64,000 nt of DNA from Amphiscolops sp. MND2022 (GCA_964187785.1 OZ076409.1:15378001-15442000), one strand, 5' to 3'; positions 1 through 11,160 are shown, counted from the first letter of the stretch. Notes: generated by a model from the letters alone, not told the origin. Program-made: numbers and translations.

Positions 1-3000
1 GGGGATTGAATTTGTTCCGCACTTGACGTGATAGAGTGTTATTGCTTACACCCAACGTGGTTGTTTAATTCGACACATACCGAATATAGCTTTCTGAATT
101 CGTCCAACAATAGAATTGGAATGCTTACTTTAGAAGGGGCAAATTTTTCAACATAGGGATTTTTGGACTTTTTCCAATAACGTTGTCCCTTTTTTCACAT
201 CTTTTCAACAGTCAATGGCGTAGTGGTTGCGTGTTAGATTTCCATTTCAATGTCTTGAGTTCGATTCCCTCAATCAAAATTTTTTCAAAAACTTAGTCAG
301 CTTGGACAGTCTTTCAAAAGCCCTGGATTATTCTTTTTCCTCAGTGGTGCGCCTAAAACCACTGTTTCGCAAGATATCGTGGCCTAGAGGTTGCGTTGGT
401 GGTTAGGTTTGGTGTAACGTTTTTCAGGTATATTTGGGTTCGGTCCCCGGGGATGGAATATGTTCCCAGTTGAATTGATAGTGTTATTACTTACACCCAA
501 CTTGGATGTTTAATTCGACACATACCGAATGTAGCATTCTGAATTCGTCCACAATTGGAATTGGATTGCTTAATTTGGAAGCAACAAAACTTTCACATAG
601 GGATTTTTGAACTCTTTCCAATAACGTTGTCCATTTTTTCACATCTTTTCAACAGTCAATGGCGTAGTGGTTACGTGTTAGATTTCCATTCCAAAGTCTT
701 GAGTTCGTTTCCCTTAATCAAAATTTTTTCAAAAACTTAGTCAGCTTGGACAGTCTTTCAAAAGCACTGGATTTTTCTTTTCCCTCAGCGGTGCGCCTAA
801 AACCGCTGTTTCGCAAGATATCGTGGCCTAGAGGTTGCGTTGGTGGTTAGGTTTGGTGGAGCGTTGTTCTGGTATCTTTGGGTTCGGTCCCCGGGGATGG
901 CATTTGTTCCTCACTTGATTTGATAGAGTTTTACTGCTTACACCCAACGTGGTTGTTTAATTCGACACATACCGAATATAGCTTTCTGAATTCGTCCAAA
1001 ATTAGAATTGGAATGCTTACTTTGGAAGCCGCAAATTTTCCAAAATAGGAATTTTTGGACTCTGTCCAATAACGTTGTCCATTTTTTCACATCTTTTCAA
1101 CAGGCAATGGTGTAGTGGTTGCGTGTTAGATTTCCATTTCATTGTCTTGAGTTCGATTCCCTCAATCAAAATTTTTTCAAAAACTTAGTCAACTTGGACA
1201 GTCTTTCAAAAGCCCTGGATTATTCTTTTCCCTCAGTGGTGCGCCTAAAACCACTGTTTTGCAAGATATCGTGGCCTAGAGGTTGCGTTGGTGGTTAGGT
1301 TCGGTATAGCGTTGTTCTGGTATCTTGGGTTCGATCCCCGGGGATTGAATTTGTTCCGCACTTGACGTGATAGAGTGTTATTGCTTACACCCAACGTGGT
1401 TGTTTAATTCGACACATACCGAATATAGCTTTCTGATATCGTCCAAAACTGAAATTGAAATGCTTACTTTGGAAGCGGCAAATTTTTCAACGTAGGGATT
1501 TTTGGATTCTTTCCAATCACATTGTCCCTTTTTTCACATCTTTTCAACAGTCAATGGCGTAGTGGTTGCGTGTTAGATTTCCATTTCAATGTCTTGAGTT
1601 CGATTCCCTCAATCAAAACTTTTTTAAAAACGTTGTCAGCGTGGACAGTTTTTCAGAAGCACTGGATTATTATTTTCCCTTAGTGGTGCGCCTTAAACCT
1701 TTGTTTCGCAAGATATCGTAGCCTAGAGGTTGCGTTGGGATTAGGTTTGGTATAGCATTGTTCTGGTATTTTGGGTTCCGTCCCCGGGGATGCAATTTGT
1801 TCCGCACTTGAATTGATAGAGTGTTATTGCTTACACCCAACTTGGATGTTTAATTCGACACATACCGAATATAGCTTTCTGAATTCGTCAAAATTAGAAT
1901 TGGAATGCTTACTTTGGAAGCGGCGAATTTTTCAACATAGGGCTTTTTGGACTCTGTCCAATAACGTTGTCCATTTTTTAACATATTTTCAACAGGCAAT
2001 GGAGTAGTGGTTGCGTGTTAGATTTCCATTCCAATGTCTTGAGTTCGATTCCCTCAATCAAAACTTTTTAAAAAACTTAGTCAGCTTGGAAAGTCTTTCG
2101 AAAGCACTGGAATATTCTTTTCCCTTAGTGGTGCGCATAAAACCACTGTTTCGCAAGATATCGTGGCCTAGAGGTTGCGTTGGTGGTTAGGTTTGGTATA
2201 GCGTTGTTCTGGTATCTTGGGTTCGGTCCCCGGGGATGGAATTTGTTCCGCACTTGACGTGATAGAGTGTTATTGCTTACACCCAACGTGGTTGTTTAAT
2301 TCGACACATACCGAATATAGCTTTCTTAATTCGTCCAAAAATGAAATGCTTACTTTGGAAGCGGCAAATTTTTCAACATAGGGATTTTTGGATTCTTTCC
2401 AATCACATTGTCCCTTTTTTCACATCTTTTCAACAATCAATGGCGTAGTGGTTGCGTGTTAGATTTCCATTTCAATGTCTTGAGTTCGATTCCCTCAATC
2501 AAAACTTTTTTAAAAACGTTGTCAGCGTGGACAGTTTTTCAGAAGCACTGGATTATTCTTTTCCCTTAGTGGTGCGCCTTAAACCACTGTTTCGCAAGAT
2601 ATCGTAGCCTAGAGGTTGCGTTAGGATTAGGTTTGGTAGAGCGTTGTTCTGGTATTTTGGGTTCCGTCCCCGGGGATGGAATTTGTTCCGCACTTGAATT
2701 GATAGAGTGTTATTGCTTACACGCAACGTGGTTGTTTAATTCGACACATACCGAATATAGCTTTCTGAATTCGTCCAAAGTTTTAATTGGAATGCATACT
2801 TTGGAAGTGGCAAATTTTTCAACATAGGGAATTTTGGACTCTTTCCAATAACGTTGTAGATTTTTTCACATCTTTTCAACAGTCAATGGCGTAGTGGTTG
2901 CGTGTTAGATTTCCATTCCAATGTCTTGAGTTCGATTCCCTCAATCAAAACTTTTTTAAAAACGTTGTCAGCGTGGACAGTTTTTCAAAAGCACTGGAAT

Positions 3001-3640
3001 ATTCTTTTCCCTTAGTGGTGCGCCTAAAACAACTACTGTTTCGCAAGATATCGTGGCCTAGAGGTTGCGTTGGTGGTTAGGTTTGGTATAGCGTTGTTCT
3101 GGTATCTTTGGGTTCGGTCCTCGGGGATGGAATATGTTCCGCACTTGAATTGATAGACTTTTATTGCTTACACCCAACGTGGTTGTTTAATTCGACACAT
3201 ACCGAATATAGCTTTCTGAATTCGTCCAAAGTTTTAATTGGAATGCATACTTTGGAAGTGGCAAATTTTTCAACATAGGGAATTTTGGACTCTTTCCAAT
3301 AACGTTGTAGATTTTTTCACATCTTTTCAACAGTCAATGGCGTAGTGGTTGCGTGTTAGATTTCCATTCCAATGTCTTGAGTTCGATTCCCTCAATCAAA
3401 ACTTTTTTAAAAACGTTGTCAGCGTGGACAGTTTTTCAAAAGCACTGGAATATTCTTTTCCCATAGTGGTGCGCCTAAAACAACTACTGTTTCGCAAGAT
3501 CTCGTGGCCTAGAGGTTACGTTGGTGGTCAGGTTCGTTAGAGTGTTGTTCTGGTAGCTTTGGGTTCGATCCCCGGGTTGAACTTGGATCAGCACTTGAGT
3601 TGATAGTTTGGTTTTCCTTTAACCCAACTTTTTTGTTAAA
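1..3640 (+). repeat. tRNA-derived tandem satellite, ~450-bp monomer, about 8 copies, two degenerate tRNA-like modules per monomer
   Basis: The monomer recurs at ~1, 449, 892, 1339, 1786, 2232, 2672, 3123. Modules carry Pol III box A/box B-like motifs (TGGCGTAGTGG...GAGTTCGATTCC; TGGCCTAGAGG...GGTTCGRTCCC) but the stems are broken. Confidence 0.85.
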
Positions 3641-3897
3641 TTTGACATTAATCATATAGGGCAAATATTGTTGAACTATTGAATACCAAAAATTCCTTTG
3701 GACTTCGGCTTTTCCTTTTCTGGATTACTCGAAGGTCAAGACTCTAAATGCTTTTAGAAAGCAATATCCGGATGTTTTCGGAAAAGAGGCATCTACTATC
3801 ATGGATAACAGTTTGGAATTTTCTCATTCACTTTTTGATATCTCATATTTAACAAACCTCTTTAATTAGCCGCCGTAGGCGGCAGCGGGTTTGCTAG
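3640..3897 (+). mobile_element. Helitron-type 3' terminus (hairpin + CTAG), inserted before T in SL exon
   Basis: Hairpin GCCGCC-GTA-GGCGGC (3869-3883), then 10 nt, then CTAG (3894-3897), followed by TTAGGCT, the right half of the target ACAACAA|TTAGGCT. Confidence 0.8.
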
Positions 3898-4199
3898 TTA
3901 GGCTAAAAGCAACGAGTCAATTTTTGGAGCGCGAGACTCCTATCTGCGGTACGGACTTACCATTACCAGCCAACAACTTGTTTTGAGGAGAAATTCTCAT
4001 GAAAAGACGACGTTTCAAGTTATTGACATCTGATGAAACAAAAATATTCCAGAAAAATTGTGAGAAAGCAAAATTTTGACTCTATTACGAAAATGTATGC
4101 TGAAAAGCATAAATTAGTAAGCTTAAAAATGAAATTCCATGTATTATCAAAAGTCGACTCAGGAGTGTGAAAAACACGTTTTAGGGGTAATTTTGGGCC

Positions 4200-4790
4200 C
4201 TCTTTCCAATGCCGTTGTCCGTTTTTTGCTATCTGTTCATTTTGACCCCTTTTGCAAAACTGTCACCGAAGTTAAACCACATTTTGTGAAAATAGTAAAA
4301 ATGACATAACTCAATGAAAATTCAAGTGATGGCGGCGAAAATTTCAGCATGGGGGTTTTTTTGGACGCTCTTTCTAATGGCGTTGTCCGTTTTTTGCTAT
4401 CTTTTCAATTTGACCCCTTTTGCAAAACTGTCACCGAAGTTAAACCACATTTTGTGAAAATAGTAAAAATGACATAACTCAATAAAAATTCAAGTGATGG
4501 CGGCGAAAATTTCAGCATGGGGGTTTTTTGGACGCTCTTTCCAATGCCGTTGTCCGTTTTTTGCTATCTGTTCATTTTGACCCCTTTTGCAAAACTGTCA
4601 CCGAAGTTAAACCACATTTTGTGAAAATAGTAAAAATGACATAACTCAATGAAAATTCAAGTGATGGCGGCGAAAATTTCAGCATGGGGGTTTTTTGGAC
4701 GCTCTTTCCAATGCCGTTGTCCGTTTTTTGCTATCTGTTCATTTTGACCCCTTTTGCAAAACTGTCACCGAAGTTAAACCACATTTCTGA
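4200..4790. repeat. ~168-bp spacer subrepeat, expanded here (four TCACCGAAGTTAAAC motifs versus two in the standard unit)
   Basis: Motif at ~4263, 4431, 4598, 4766; only one in the next unit. Confidence 0.9.
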
Positions 4791-4796
4791 CAAAAA

Positions 4797-4915
4797 AGGC
4801 TACAACACCTGGTGTTCCCAAGCGGTCTCCCATGCAAGTACTAACCAGGCCCTTTGTTGTTTAACTTCGGTGATCGGACGAGAACCGGTGCATTCAACAT
4901 GGTATGGTCGTAGCC
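4797..4915 (-). rRNA. 5S rRNA (variant; box C TTGGATGGG changed to TTGCATGGG)
   Basis: 119-nt GGCTACGACCATACC...GTGTTGTAGCCT followed by a T-run terminator; 2 substitutions versus array consensus. Confidence 0.95.
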
Positions 4916-5007
4916 GATCATTGTAAAATCAATAGCTTTATATGCTTAACAACAAAATTACGTACGATGGTACGAAAATTTTCTCGGTCAAAATACGCGT
5001 AACTTTT

Positions 5008-5142
5008 AAGTTAGTGCAGACTAGCTTGTTCCTTGTTCAAAAATTGGGCAGCAGACCACTTTCGCAGTCTGTTTTCAAATAAAACTTATCAATAGGGTTG
5101 GAATACTTACCTATTTAATAAGTTTATCACAACAATTAGGCT
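5008..5142 (-). ncRNA. Spliced-leader (SL) RNA gene, uninterrupted
   Basis: Exon (A)GCCTAATTGTTGTGATAAACTTATTAAATAG|GTAAGT. AAACTTAT..ATAGG pairs with CCTATTGATAAGTTT across the donor. CAGAC-TGCGAAAGTG-GTCTG stem, Sm site AATTTTTG, 3' stem AAGCTAGT/ACTAACTT. Ends approximate. Confidence 0.85.
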
Positions 5143-5532
5143 AAAAGCAAAGAGTCAATTTTTGGAGCGCGAGACTCCTATCTGCGGTACGGACTTACCA
5201 TTACCAGCCAACAACTTGTTTTGAGGAGAAATTCTCATGAAAAGACGACGTTTCAAGTTATTGACATCTGATGAAACAAAAATATTCCAGAAAAATTGTG
5301 AGAAAGCAAAATTTTGACTCTATTACGAAAATGTATGCTGAAAAGCATAAATTAGTAAGCTTAAAAATGAAATTCCATGTATTATCAAAAGTCGACTCAG
5401 GAGTGTGAAAAACACGTTTTAGGGGTAATTTTGGGCCGTCTTTCCAATGCCGTTGTCCGTTTTTTGCTATCTGTTCATTTTGACCCCTTTTGCGAATTTG
5501 TCACCGAAGTTAAACCACATTTCTGACAAAAA

Positions 5533-5651
5533 AGGCCACAACACCTGGTGTTCCCAAGCGGTCTCCCATCCAAGTACTAACCAGGCCCTATGTTGTTTAA
5601 CTTCGGTGATCGGACGAGAACCGGTGCATTCAACATGGTATGGTCGTAGCC
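5533..5651 (-). rRNA. 5S rRNA
   Basis: 119-nt match to array consensus with 1 substitution; T-run terminator. Confidence 0.95.
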
Positions 5652-5743
5652 GATCATTGTAAAATCAATAGCTTCATATGCTTAACAACAAAATTACGTA
5701 CAATGATACGAAAATTTTCTCGGTCAAAATACGCGTAACTTTT

Positions 5744-5867
5744 AGGTTAGTGCAGACTAGCTTGTTCCTTGTTCAAAAATTGGGCAGCAGACCACTTTCG
5801 CAGTCTGCTTTCAAATAAAACTTATCAATAGGGTTGGAATACTTACCTATTTAATAAGTTTATCACA
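5744..5867 (-). pseudogene. SL RNA gene lacking its first 11 nt and upstream region (replaced by L1/Tx1-like element)
   Basis: SL sequence stops at GTTTATCACA| where the element 3' end begins. Confidence 0.8.
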
Positions 5868-6026
5868 TTAAATAAATATATAAATCAAAATCAATTTACA
5901 CTACAGCTACAAAAATTTAGCATTGTTACAAAATATTCATGGCTGACTTTTCAAAGATAATAGAAACACAGATGAAAAGAATAAAAGAATAGCATCATGA
6001 ATTTGTGTGAAGTTATCGGTCGAGAT

Positions 6027-9000
6027 TTAGACTTGGCATCGAGTTTTGATATATTTCAAGTATTTTCCTTCATATTCCGACCACGATGAAAAAAGTAATG
6101 CTACAACTAGTTTCTGGGCTAGTGGATTTTCGTTTAGCCATATGTCTTGCCAATTTCGTAGGTTAAGAAAAGTTTTGATGTTTTGGATTTTTTCACAATC
6201 AAAGAAAAGATGTTGCCAACTTTCAAATTCGGTTTCACATGCAAAAAAAAGGGGATGAGGTACCAAGTTTTGAAGCCATTTTTCCTGTTTATCAGGGTAT
6301 GCATTCATTATAAAATGATAGATATAGTTTTTGTCAAAGGACTGGAGTTGTGTATTGTTCCATAACTTTTTGACAAACAAATCCAGTATGTTTGTGTCAA
6401 TATTTTGCGAAAAGGCTGTTTTGGCAATTCTTGGCAAGCAAGATATGTTTATCAGGCTAGAATTTAGGAAATCATACACTTCTTTTGATTTCGTGTCAAC
6501 ATTTATGGTGAGATTTTGAAAAAAATAATGGAGAATGATCGTATTATCTGTATTTATAGTCATCTCAATTTTGTCTTTTTTCAGGTCACTTGTTATCATT
6601 TTTAACCATTTCGATTTTTGAAAGTTTTTTTCAGGTTCGTTTGCTAATGAAACTTTAACATTCATTATCTTAGCCACTGATACTGCTTTGTTCAAGTTTT
6701 TTTAAACCTATTCCACCATCTCTTCTTTCCGTGTGTATTACGTCTTGACTAACATTATGTTTTTTCTGTAGCCAGAAATTGTCTACCATTTTGGAATTCA
6801 ATTTTTTTCAAGAACGTCTTTAGTTGTGTAAAATGTCTTAGCTTGTATATTATTTTGGATAGAACGAAAGTTTCGATGTTGATCGCTCTGGCTCTAAATG
6901 AAGTGTTTTTATTAATGAATTTTGGAATTTGGTTGATTGCTTTCCATATTTCATTCCTAGTTTCTGGGTCCATAGTTCCTTTAGTGGTCGTTTTAACTCC
7001 GAGAATTTTCACACAGTCTACTACTTTGATCTGTCTGTTCTCATCAGTATTTGGGATTGTTCTCGTTTTTGCTAAGATCTCTGATTTGTCATAATTGATT
7101 GCTAGTCCAGTTAAAGCTTGGAATTTTTTTGGAAGATTTTTAGTAACCGATTAATTGAAGTAGCTTTCATTGCTACTGTTATATCATCCGCGTATGCAAT
7201 GACTTTTTGTTTTTGACTACTTAATATTTTCTTCGAGTTTTGAATTCTCTCTAAGAGTGGCTCCATTACCAGGTTGAAAAGTAGCGCAGATAAAGGGCAG
7301 CCTTGTCTGACACCTCTAGTGATCTCCAAAATTTCGGAAAATTCAGAATTGAAATCAATAATTGATTTGGTGTCTGCATAGAGAGTTTTTATTAGAGACA
7401 TTGTGCTATTATCAATTGCCAAGTATTCAAGCATTTTCAACATGAAATCTCTGTCTACACAGTCAAAAGCTTTTGAAAAATCAAGGGCACATAATAAATC
7501 ATCTTTTTTCAATTCTATTGAGTATTGTCTAATTTTGGTTAAAGCCGAGTGAATATCTCTTTTTGGGAAATGAGCGTATTGATGATGATTTTCGATTATT
7601 GCGTTGCAGATTGGTTTTATTCTGAACGCTAGAATATGTGAAAGAATTTTTTGATCGGAGTTAATTAAGCTTAATGGTCGAAGGTCCGACACTTTCTTTA
7701 CCATTAAAAATTTTTTGGGAATAAGTTTCATAATAGCCATATTGAAAGATGGAGGAGCCACTCCTGTTTTGATTATATCGTTGAAAACATCTGTCAAAAG
7801 CGGAACAAACAGATCAGAGTACTTTTTATAGAGGTTAGAAGTTAAGCCATCAGGACCAGGAGCACTATCTTTGTTGAGTTTGTTAATTGCTCTTTCAACT
7901 TCAAATTCCGTAATTTCTTCATGTTCTAAGTCATTTGTTTCATGAACTTGACATAATTTTTCTCGTTTTTCCTTAAAAAACATTTCCAAGAATTTATTTT
8001 GTTGTTCATCTGTTTCTTGGTTTTTTGGTCGAGCTTCAAATTGTTTAGTATAGAAGCCTACTAATTCATCAAAGATTTTGCTCTTGTCATTGATTATTGA
8101 TCCATTTGAAGCCTCAAATTCTTGTATTTTGAATTCAGGTCACCTTCATTGGCCTCCATGAAAAGGTTTTTAATTTTTTTATCTCTAATTTTGCCTCAGA
8201 CATTTTTATCTCTGAAAGCGCAGATGTTTTTGAGTCTAAAATTTCCAAAAGTTCAGATTTTTTATGAGAATCATTGGTATTTTTCATATCTGATTCTAGT
8301 TTTTCAATTTCACGTACAAGGTTTTCTTCCGTTATTACTTTTTTACGTTTTTCTTTGATACATAAGAGTCTCAGGGAGTCTCTTAGCCTAGCTTTGAAAA
8401 CATCGTATCTTTTTGACAAACTTATCGTGTTTTCCAATGCAGTCAAGCTCGTTTTCAATATTTCAGTAACAGCCTGTTTATTTTCTAGGACTGAGTCATT
8501 AAGCTTGAAGTATCCATTTTTGAAATTATTTTGGTTCCGATACAAGTGCAAAAGTTTGTGGTCGGAAAAAGGCAAAAACAGAACTGAGAGCTCTAGGTTT
8601 TGTTCATTAGAATTTAAAAAGCAATAGTCAATTCTACTATGTTTTTTAAAACGCCTATCATAATGCGTGGTACTGACTGGGATCTGCTTTTTTCCAATAT
8701 CTTTTAAAACATATTCATTTAGTTTGGTAATGATAGCTCGATGCCTCAATACTCTGATATCGTTTGACTTGACTTTTTCATTCAAATTTTCATAGTCTTC
8801 AAAGTCAATGGCATTGAAGTCACCAGCAATGATGAGATTTTGGTGGTATTCAAGATTCAATTCTTCAATGGAAGCAATGAAGTTTTCTGCTAAAGTGTCT
8901 TTTGGGTTAATATAAGTATTTACTATAGTGGTAGTTTGGTTTTCAACCGTTAGAGTGACAGTGAGACACGTATTAGTTTTTCCAATAACCTCGTATACAC

Positions 9001-9274
9001 AGTGTTCAGGAAATATTGTCATGAGACCACCTGAGTTCATTATTGCTGGTACAGTTTCATACTTCAATTTGTTAAGTTTTAAAATTTTTTCATGTTCTTT
9101 GCGTAATTTCCAAAGTTTAGTTTCTTGTATTAAAATGCAGAACGTTTTCGTCTTCCGATTTTTCTCAATTTTTTCTAAAAGCTGAATTAACTTAGTTGAA
9201 TTAGCTAGACCGCGGACGTTCACACAAAAAATTTCAATCAAATCAGCCATCAGTTTGTAAAGAGGTAGTTCCAT
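6027..9274 (-). pseudogene. ORF2: APE endonuclease + reverse transcriptase + C-terminal Cys/His motif, broken by at least 3 frameshifts
   Basis: APE motifs NVRGL, IQET, GDFN, SRIDY, SDH; RT motifs PGPDG, RPLSL, DFSKAFD, GVRQGCPLS, YADD; C-terminal ESWQHLFFDC. Confidence 0.93.
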
Positions 9275-10510
9275 TGACTTCTTTCGAAAGTTTTTCTATT
9301 TGTTTTTGCAGTTTTTTGGCTCTTTTTATTTGTTTCTTCCTGTTTGAGGAGTTTGTACTGGATTCTTCTCCAATTTCACTTCTATTTCGTTTCGTGGTTC
9401 TTGTAGTTACTTTTGTCCAATCATTAGCAGCCTCGTCTGGTTCCATATTTGTCGTTATTGTGTCATTCGTAGCTTCGGTTTGCTCGTCTTCTTCAGTATC
9501 AGAGCTAGTTTCTGAGTCTGTATGGGTGCTGCTATTTTCATCCTCCACAATTCGTAGTTTCCCTTCCTCTCTTTCCATTTCTGCAGGGTGATCAGTCTCT
9601 GGTTTTTCGATAGGTTTTGGTTTTCGGTTGATTCTACACCAGTCTTCATGGTGTCCTCGGTAGCGTTGTCTCTTCTCTTCTTTGCATTTTTGGCATTCAT
9701 GCAGAGCAGGAATGCTAGCATAGATTGGAAGCTCACACCAGTAAGCAATGTCTGAGGAAGCTCGTGCCTTTGACCAGTTTTCCAATTGTTCTTGCTCTTC
9801 GTGGTTGTTAATTTTAACCGCAATTTTAGCTTTGCCTGTGTAGAACGTGCCGAGTTCAGTTCTCTGACGTTCCCGTTGAATTTCCCCTAGTTCTGCAAAG
9901 TCAGGGACTTGCAGTAGTTCCATTAACTGCTTGTCGTCACAGAGTGCTGGCAAGTTGTTTATTCTGACGTCATGTACTTTTGGGAAGGCAGATGTCCTGA
10001 CTATCCAGGTGTCTTCAGCTGTCGGAAAAACAGTTCGATTCATAATTTTGAGTCCATTTAGCTTAATGCGAGCAACGTCTTCTTCCGCTTCGATTGGGGC
10101 GATTACCAGTAGGACCTGTAGCTTCTTTTCTCCCAGTTTCATGTTAGTTCGTGAAATTGTAATCATTTCCCGGTAACGAGGATTGAACACGCTGAGGATG
10201 TCTTTATAAGCTATTGACATTGCCGTTTCGAGAGCAGCGCCATCGGTGAAAAGTTCCTTCGTTAGTGGAGGTATAATTTTCATTTTCAGCACTTGACGAC
10301 ATGTCTGAATTCGTAAGCAATGTTGGTAACAGCTTTACTGAAGTTCATTGTTTGCGCGGTTTTTTCGGTAATTTTAGTTTCGTCAGGCTGGCGGCTAGCG
10401 AGTTTTTCCTGAGGGTTTTCCGTTGAATTCTCGTTTTCGTTTACTATCGCACAATCAGGTAAAGAGTTTATGTAATCTTGTTGTTTCTGTCTGGCAGCTT
10501 TTTCCGACAT
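9243..10510 (-). pseudogene. ORF1 (RRM-like region + CxxC..H..C zinc knuckle), one frameshift near 10290; overlaps ORF2 start by 32 bp
   Basis: VRINNLP, FYTGKAKI, CQKC..GHHEDWC motifs; position upstream of ORF2; first ATG at 10510 (MSEKAARQ). Confidence 0.8.
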
Positions 10511-10814
10511 TTTTCGTAACAATTGGTAATCGATTCAAAGTAACTGAGGTAAAAAGGAAAATAGGGAGGATTGAAGTAACTTTCGCTAGTTTCAAGAGCC
10601 TCAGAAGGGGAGAAAAAGTAAGACGAGTCTAGGGGGAAACGAACGTTCCAAGGCTTTCCACGGCCGAGGAAACGACGTTAAGACTGGTAGCGTTTTGAGG
10701 ACTGCTAACAGCCACCCGCCAAGGAAGCTTCAACTTGGTCCTCAGGCCTTTGGTCCCCATTTTGACCCCTTTTGCAAAACTGTCACCGAAGTTGAACCAC
10801 ATTTCTGACAAAAA

Positions 10815-10933
10815 AGGCTACAACACCTGGTGTTCCCAAGCGGTCTCCCATCCAAGTACTAACCAGGCCCTATGTTGTTTAACTTCGGTGATCGGACGAG
10901 AACCGGTGCATTCAACATGGTATGGTCGTAGCC
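10815..10933 (-). rRNA. 5S rRNA
   Basis: Consensus 119-nt copy with T6 terminator. Confidence 0.97.
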
Positions 10934-11025
10934 GATCATTGTAAAATCAATAGCTTTATATGCTTAACAACAAAATTACGTACAATGATACGAAAATTTT
11001 CTCGGTCAAAATACGCGTAACTTTT

Positions 11026-11160
11026 AAGTTAATGCAGACTAGCTTGTTCCTTGTTCAAAAATTGGGCAGCAGACCACTTTCGCAGTCTGCTTTCAAATAA
11101 AACTTATCAATAGGGTTGGAATACTTACCTATTTATTAAGTTTATCACAACAATTAGGCT
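11026..11160 (-). ncRNA. SL RNA gene, uninterrupted
   Basis: Same donor/stem/Sm architecture as 5008-5142. Confidence 0.85.

Larger units (their letters stand above)
5868..10757 (-). mobile_element. L1/Tx1-like non-LTR retrotransposon (ORF1 + APE-RT ORF2), ~4.9 kb, 3' junction in SL exon, no TSD
   Basis: ORF1/ORF2 architecture. The 3' junction is at tatcaca|ttaaat; the 5' junction resumes spacer at cattttgacccc (10758), with about 345-515 bp of the unit missing. Confidence 0.9.

Noticed and set aside
222..285. Functional tRNA genes in the satellites
   Set aside because: Acceptor, anticodon and T stems are mismatched; treated as tRNA-derived repeat.
4684..4926. Recurrent 70-92 aa ORFs (..KKGYNTWCSQAVSHPSTNQ..)
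   Set aside because: Antisense translation of the 5S gene and spacer.
5103..5112. ATACTTACCT, identical to the U1 snRNA 5' end
   Set aside because: No U1 sequence follows; it is the reverse complement of the SL splice donor AG|GTAAGTAT.
5268..5300. CTGATGA...GAAA hammerhead-like core in the spacer
   Set aside because: No pairing for stems II/III around the core.
10640..10757. Possible HDV-like ribozyme in the L1/Tx1 5'UTR (TGAGGAC/GTCCTCA and CCAAG/CTTGG pairings)
   Set aside because: Could not build the nested double pseudoknot (P1, P1.1, L3, J4/2) by eye; needs an RNArobo/Infernal search.
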